Shown: piece after piece, positions 57,610 through 64,000 of the stretch
Numbering within the stretch: the first letter of the stretch is position 1
Layout: every line of letters begins with the position of its first letter
Source of the DNA: Octopus vulgaris
Taxonomy: Eukaryota
DNA: 64,000 nucleotides
Assembly (NCBI GenBank): GCA_951406725.2
Contig: OX597836.1
Span: 23,560,001 to 23,624,000 of the forward strand
Direction of reading: 5' to 3'
Notes under the pieces: model-generated
Told to the model about the DNA's origin: nothing
The model's database searches: none
The model's input: only the letters and a program-made list of their open reading frames with translations
Position numbers and translations under genes: made by a program

Positions 57610-58694
57610 TTTTAGATTGCTGTAGCATTTACAGCATTGCTTCTTACTCTCAATTATGCTGTGATATTATTTTTACTAAGTTATATATTTCTATAGATAC
57701 CATTGAATCCGTATAAGAACAAATTCCAAATTTAATATTTTCCAATTCTGGCTTTGTTAAAAATAAAATAACAATCATTTCAATACAACACAAAGTTTCA
57801 TTCTTTATTACCTTTTTCTTTTAAAATTAATTATCGACATGAATGTTCTTGAAAACAATAAATTGAATAAAGAATAATGTTTAAGCGAAGAATTATTGGT
57901 ATGAAAGCTTTAAAAAATGGATCTCAGTCGATGTAGACGATGAGCGTTCAGTTATTTGAGCTGTCTGCTCGTCGACTAAGCATCGTCGTAGAACATTTCA
58001 CAGATTGGTGTAAACAGTGTAATGTAGTGTGACAAGGCTGCACCTATATATTACTGACATAATCCATCGGAAGAGCTTCTTTACAGTTTCCATTTATACA
58101 TTTTCTCGTATAAGACTCGGTTGATCCAAGGCAGTGGTAAAGAACCATACCCCAAAATGCCTGACTCATGAGCGAACTCAGGGACTGATGATTGGGAAGT
58201 GGACTTCTTAACGACAGAACCAAACCTTTGGCAGGATTTTTCATAGTTACAATTGGTTTTGTCAACGTTCTGCGTAATTTTGTAATGATTATTTTCGATT
58301 GTTAGGGAGAAAGGCTACATGTAGGATACAAATTTAATAATCAAAACCTTAATTGCAGAAATAGAGAGATGTACAGTTTCATCTGGAGCACTCGAATGCA
58401 GTGCCTTTGTGTACGACGCCAGCAGATGAAGTCACTATTTGCAGTTGGCTACTTCAGAAGGTGAGACATAACAAAAAGAACAGAAAGCAGAGACGCAAAC
58501 GAATATTTAGCGATGGCTAATCATACTAGGTTTTTCTTCGGACTCGATTCGATTCGCTTGAAACATCAGGAAAAAGAAACTTATGCGATGTCAAACAAGA
58601 GAATGAATCTCAAGTTGAGGACAATCTGCCTCATAAATGTCTGATGGTGGTAATATCCACTGTAGTGTCTGATTATTACCATCATTTCCTTATG

Positions 58695-58921
58695 TTGTCA
58701 TCTCTTGTGAAAGGTAGGAGAGTCCAGTTTGCTGGACATTGTTGTAGAGCTGAAAACGAGGCAATTTCTACCAGAGGGTGCACACTCTTCTACCCTGATG
58801 TAATCTCCAGGGATACAGGCATCCAGCAACAGGACCTCCGTAATGCTATGATGGACGGTGAAGTCTGGCGTAGCATGGTAAATTCCATTGTCTCGACCAC
58901 GGTCGAACAATGATGATGATT
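58695..58921 (+). mobile_element. RTE-like LINE 3' end with (TGA)n tail
   Basis: RRVQFAGHCCRAENE...YPDVISRDTG...DLRNAMMDGEVWRSMV, then a stop and tgatgatgat. Confidence 0.8.
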
Positions 58922-61900
58922 AATGAACTTCCTTGATGAGGAGGACATCTGAGCAGCTTGGCACCCTGGCTCTTCTTCCTTTACTATGTAAAACAATTGC
59001 TTTACATTTTGATGACTGAAATTCCATCTTCCAGTTATTTATTCAGAAATGCACATTAGCAGTTTCTCTAATTAAGCTAGCTGCAGTATTCCCAAGTTGA
59101 TAGTTCAGGTACAAACAGGTTGAAACCACCAGGGTACGGATAAACTCATTTTCACAGACATAAACTGCAGCAACTATGAACAGGAAGAATATTGAACCTT
59201 GTATTACTGATGCACCAAACTATGGCAGGTTGACAAATTAATCTTTTGGGATGGTTTTTTATGAATATTCGATTAGAATAGCTTTGCAACTACTTCAATT
59301 GTTCCCTGAGTAAATCTTTAGATTTCAGCTTGGCTTGTGGTTTTTGTCCTAAATTCTAAACTTTCTCATGTAATTGTTGCTCATTTGTCCAATGTTAGTG
59401 AGGCGCTTTCTTCAACTATACCTTGACTGGTTTTACCTGTTGTTTATGGCCTGTCGGTTCCATTACTTTGTTATTGAGACTAATCGTGTTGGTATTGGTG
59501 CTTTTTTTTTTGGTGGACAGATTCTAGATTCCTTTTCATGTATATTTATGATAGAGTCGGGTTACTGGTTTAAAAATATAATCAAACTTTCTTTCGTACA
59601 TTGAAGTTATTTTTAATTAGCTCTGTCACTTGGATTTAGGCAGATGATTTTGCTTGAGATTAAGACGTTCGTAGCTTTGTAATTAGACGCCGAGAACATG
59701 TCTTCTCAGTGAACTTTTCCTTAAAAATAGACAAGCTTAACCAATACGTTTAGAAAGCTTTTCTCATGCACAGTTTGTCCCTGTACAATAAATTCCATCA
59801 GCTTCACGTTATTATCTCAAGTCATCAAGTGTGCTAGAGTTGTGGCAACAGAAAGTAGATCTGTCAGAACAAACTCAATAGTGCCCTTCTTTCTGCTGGT
59901 TTAGTCAGAACAGTGGATTCTTAGATGCATCGGCCAGCAATGTTTGTTGTTCACCTGGCGAATCTTGATGGCGGATATTGAATTCATCTAAAAGTGTGAC
60001 TGACTGACTGCCAGGAGACATAAGGGGACCTTACCAACATTGGTTTCTCGAATAAAGCACCCAGGTACAGTTTGTAAAGTGGTTGGCGAATCAAGCGGAG
60101 ATAACGCAGTGTTTGAGAGAATTAGTAGATATTTAAGAAAAACATAAGGAAATGATGGTACACTACAGAGAAACAAATTGATATTTAATAATAAAAAATC
60201 GCTCGGTACTGAAAGTGGGGAGTTTTGTGCCTATAAGTAATTAATTGAACTATTTTCTGCTACAATTCAAATAATAAAAGTTGGGATACTTGCTTTAAAA
60301 ACATTGAAAATGTATGAATTCCACTCAGATTTTTTGTATTCAAGCTCAAAATATATATTTTGTTTCGAGGTACGATTACAATATATCACTGATTTACCAG
60401 ATCGAAGATCCATGTCGCACTCTCGACTCGCAAGGAGTTTATCTTTAGTTCTCGGTCATAATTTATACAAATAACAGTTTGTGAGTAGAAGGAGTGAACT
60501 ATTTTTTCTAAGCACAAAAGATCTTTCGAAACAACCTAAATTTAGTGTGTAGTGTATCAATATTGAATACTCAGGTTGAGACATACATTTTGGAGAATGG
60601 CGATGAGAAAACTGCAAAGTTAATAACAATATTTCATTTATTGAGTGGGAATTTGCGTTCATGTTCATGTAAAATTAGCAAGATGTTTTTCAGACAGTAG
60701 AGATAGGCTACAGACCTCGCATTTATACTTAGACCTGCTTTTGGCGTCTGCAAATTTAAGGTCATCATGTAACTTTAAGATGCTAAACTTAACCCTTATA
60801 AATATATTCACAAGTTTTATATATATATATTAACAATTATGAAAACTCCATTTTACAAATACTATTCATCTATTTATGACATTTCACATAACATTTTCAG
60901 TAGTTACTTGTTTAATTCATTTTTTTCCTCTCAAACTTTATGTCCGGTTATATTCATTTTTTTATATTTCTTCTAAGCACTTTCTGATGTATTCTTAAAC
61001 AATAAAATGTCCTCTAATGCTGATAACGACGCTACACCATGTACGATCGACTGCATAATTTTAATAATTATTGGCTGGAAACAGACTGGCGCCAAATTCC
61101 TTCGTCTAGATCAGCCAATAACTTATGGCTATTGATTATTGGGAATAAATATAAAAAATAAAAAATGAAAAAAGCAACAAATAACGCAGAATTAATAACG
61201 GATAACTGGAAGGAATCTATGTGTAAAAGTCGTTAGAGTAGCAGCTACTGTTGTTATTTACACGAGGCAGTTGGTGCAGTCGTTACTAATGTCTTTGTGA
61301 GTCACAATACACCAGTTGCCTTCAGAGATGCGCAATTAAATCATCTAATTGTATTCATACTTGAAAATTGACCTTAAAGTTTGAAAAGACTCTGTGTCCA
61401 TTAGTTCCGGGACTATTGTCTGCTGTGTCTTTTACTAACTCTTACATTTCCTGTCAGTCAGCCTGTCTGCCAGTCTCTCTTGAAGTATTTTTACTTTTAT
61501 TTAAGATTCTTCATCATTGTTTCTTTATTATTAATCTTGATAAAAATATTAAAAAATAAAAAAAAAACTCATCAGGGAATTATAAATTAAGACTACAGTA
61601 GAGAATTATTCAGTTAGGTAATTATGGAAGTAAAAGTGATAAGAAATTAAGAAAAGAACTATCAACAGAAGTGACGTTTCTCCAGAGAATTACAAAGATA
61701 ATATTGATTCCCGACGTGGTGTATGGCATTTACGTGCTGTTATTTAAGATTCAATTTTGTGTGACTCACCAACTATCTTGTATTTGTTGTTAACAAAACT
61801 TGTGGCTTCTACTTAATCTAGGATGGGAGAAAAGTGTTGCCTAAAGCATTTAAGGGTTCAAACGAATGTGTCGACCAGTGAATATATTTGTAAAAATATT

Positions 61901-62085
61901 TAGGCATTTGCAAAACATTGGCATAGTAAAATGTTGGTGTAGGGGACAATTAGAGGAACCTAGAAAAGTGATCTTATTCGAATTAGCATAAATATTGAAA
62001 TCTGAAAATCTGCACGATGCAAAAATATATTCTCAGATATTTGTTCTCAGGTGTTTGTGTATGTGTGTGTGTGTGTGTGTGTGTA

Positions 62086-62117
<32 letters not shown>

Positions 62118-62184
62118 CGTGTTTATGTATGTATGTATGTATGCATGTATGTATACGCGCACACACACACATACACATATATAC

Positions 62185-62247
<63 letters not shown>

Positions 62248-63234
62248 AACACACATATATATGTTTATTGATAAATGTGTCCGTATATTAGTTTGTTGAG
62301 TGCGTGTGTGAATGTGAGTTTACATACGTGTGTTTGTTTGTCTCTGTACAACATATGTATGTGTTTTGGGAAAGGAGTGATTGTTTACCCATGGTTCCCA
62401 GCGAGAAGGGGGTCACTGAGAGGGGTTAGTAACAAAAAAAAAAATGGAACGAAGGGCTAGAAGCATATATAAAAAAGCCATGATAGCAACTGATGGCGTT
62501 CTCAAAGAAATCCGAAGACATTTCTATCAAGAACAAAACCGATAACTTGATAGATCGATTGATTGATTTTAAGAGATTTTTTTCCCCAAATGTTTATTTA
62601 TATGTTGCAAACCAAGTTGGACATGGTTGAGCGAAACCCATCATAAATTTATATGTTTTTGTGTTTGTATTTCTTTTTATATATTTAGCAATAATTATAA
62701 TTTCATTTTACTGTTATTTATGCACCAAATGTAGGCCGTTGTAGAAAGGCACTCATAGTACATCCGTAAATTTAATCAGGGATTCACAACCATAGCTTGG
62801 ACAGGCTAGCTAAATTGAAAAGACATTAGAGAACATCGATATGAAGCGGTATAATTCAGTGTTCAAACATGGGTCAGTAACTTTGGGGAAACCACGCATG
62901 CGCATCGTGTCGTTTGCCTTTCGCTGCATATACATCTCTGTAGCCATTACTATAAGGGTTGGGGTGTATTGTCCGCCAGTGTTACCGCACCACCATGAAA
63001 GATTTATTCAGCAGTTAAGAAAGAAACATAACAAATATGTAAACACAATTACATGAATTACAATTGTATATATACTGTATCAAAACTATGTGCACCCACA
63101 TTTGTGAATTATGTTCTTCAATATACTTTTTAGACATAGAAGTGATATCTTGTCTAAAAGACTAAGACCTAGCGTCATATATATATATATATATATATAT
63201 ATACATGAATATATATATATATATTTGTGTGTTT

Positions 63235-63427
63235 GTGTTTGTCCCCACCCCCATCACTTGACAACCGATGTTGGTGCGTTTACATCCCTGTAATTTAGCG
63301 GTTCGACAAAAGCCACCGACAGAATAAGTAGTAGGCTTACAAAGAAGTCCTTAAAAAGTCCTGGTTTCGATCTGTTCGACTAAAGGCGGTGCTTCAGCAT
63401 GGCCGCAGTCAAGTGACTGAAACAAAT
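63235..63427 (+). mobile_element. SINE family A right arm only
   Basis: tttgtcccc...cttgacaaccgatg...gactaaaggcggtgct.cagcatggccgcagtc. Confidence 0.82.
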
Positions 63428-63635
63428 ACGTATATATATATATATATATATACGTATACATAAGTAAATGCGCGCGCGAAACGATTGGAAGCCGCCCGAG
63501 ACTTCGAAGTCACTGTCAACATTTTCTTGCGACAGTTTAATAAGCGCATTCTGCTAGTTTAATGTAAGATTAATTTTATATATAACTTGACATAAAAATA
63601 ATTTATATATATAAAAAAAAAAACATTTATATATC

Positions 63636-64000
63636 AGGAGTGGCTGTGTGGTAGGGATGAGTGCTTCCCAACCACATGGTTCCGGGTTCAGTTCCACTGT
63701 ATGGCACCTTGGGCAAGTGTCTTCTACTATAGCCTCGGGCCGACCAAAGCCTTGTGAGTGAATTTGGTAGACGGAAACTGAAAGAAGCCTGTCCTATATA
63801 TATGTGTGTGCGCTCGTGTGTGTGTATGTATTTTTATGTGTGTTTGTCCCCCACCATCGCTTGACAACTGATGTTAATGTGTTTACGTGCCTGTAACTTA
63901 GTAGTTCGGCAAAAGAGACCGATAGCATAAGTACTAGGTTTACAAAAAATAAGTCCTGGGTTCGATTCGCGGCGCTCCAGCATAGCCGCTGTCAAATGAC
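63636..64000 (+). mobile_element. SINE family A running off the window end
   Basis: caggagtggctgtgtggta...; full left arm, linker and right arm. Confidence 0.88.

Noticed and set aside
58359-58460. Possible plus-strand exon (ttgcag|...cagaag|gtgaga)
   Set aside because: The splice-like signals could be chance; there is no recognisable peptide or partner exon.

Overview
AT-rich eukaryotic (animal) genomic DNA saturated with (TA)n, (CA)n, (CATA)n and (TCTA)n microsatellites. The SINE families and repeat style point to an octopus or other coleoid cephalopod (inference). Most ORFs in the supplied track are microsatellite artefacts. The one host gene I can support is Wnt9 on the minus strand: a 95-bp signal-peptide exon (44855-44949, MFRSRKEP...LAYFG) spliced in phase across a ~21.7-kb intron to a 278-bp exon (22893-23170, LTSKEPL...MCKRDKG...CQQQFRYERWNC...LKKG). 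Neither exon is in the ORF track in the correct frame, and I found no downstream exons in the window. The rest is mobile-element debris: three tRNA-derived SINE families, mariner relics and MITEs, non-autonomous Helitrons with swapped ends, and R4/Dong and RTE LINE fragments. The most interesting signal is a set of short non-coding elements beside (TA)n that carry type I hammerhead ribozyme folds, probably Penelope-like/retrozyme-type. One is canonical (14726-14826), one near-canonical (40042-40134) and one has a single core mutation (20663-20768). A three-copy family has a variant CUGU(A/U)GA core, and several fold-back palindromes are centred on the ribozyme's stem II. All folds were done by eye and none is experimentally tested.
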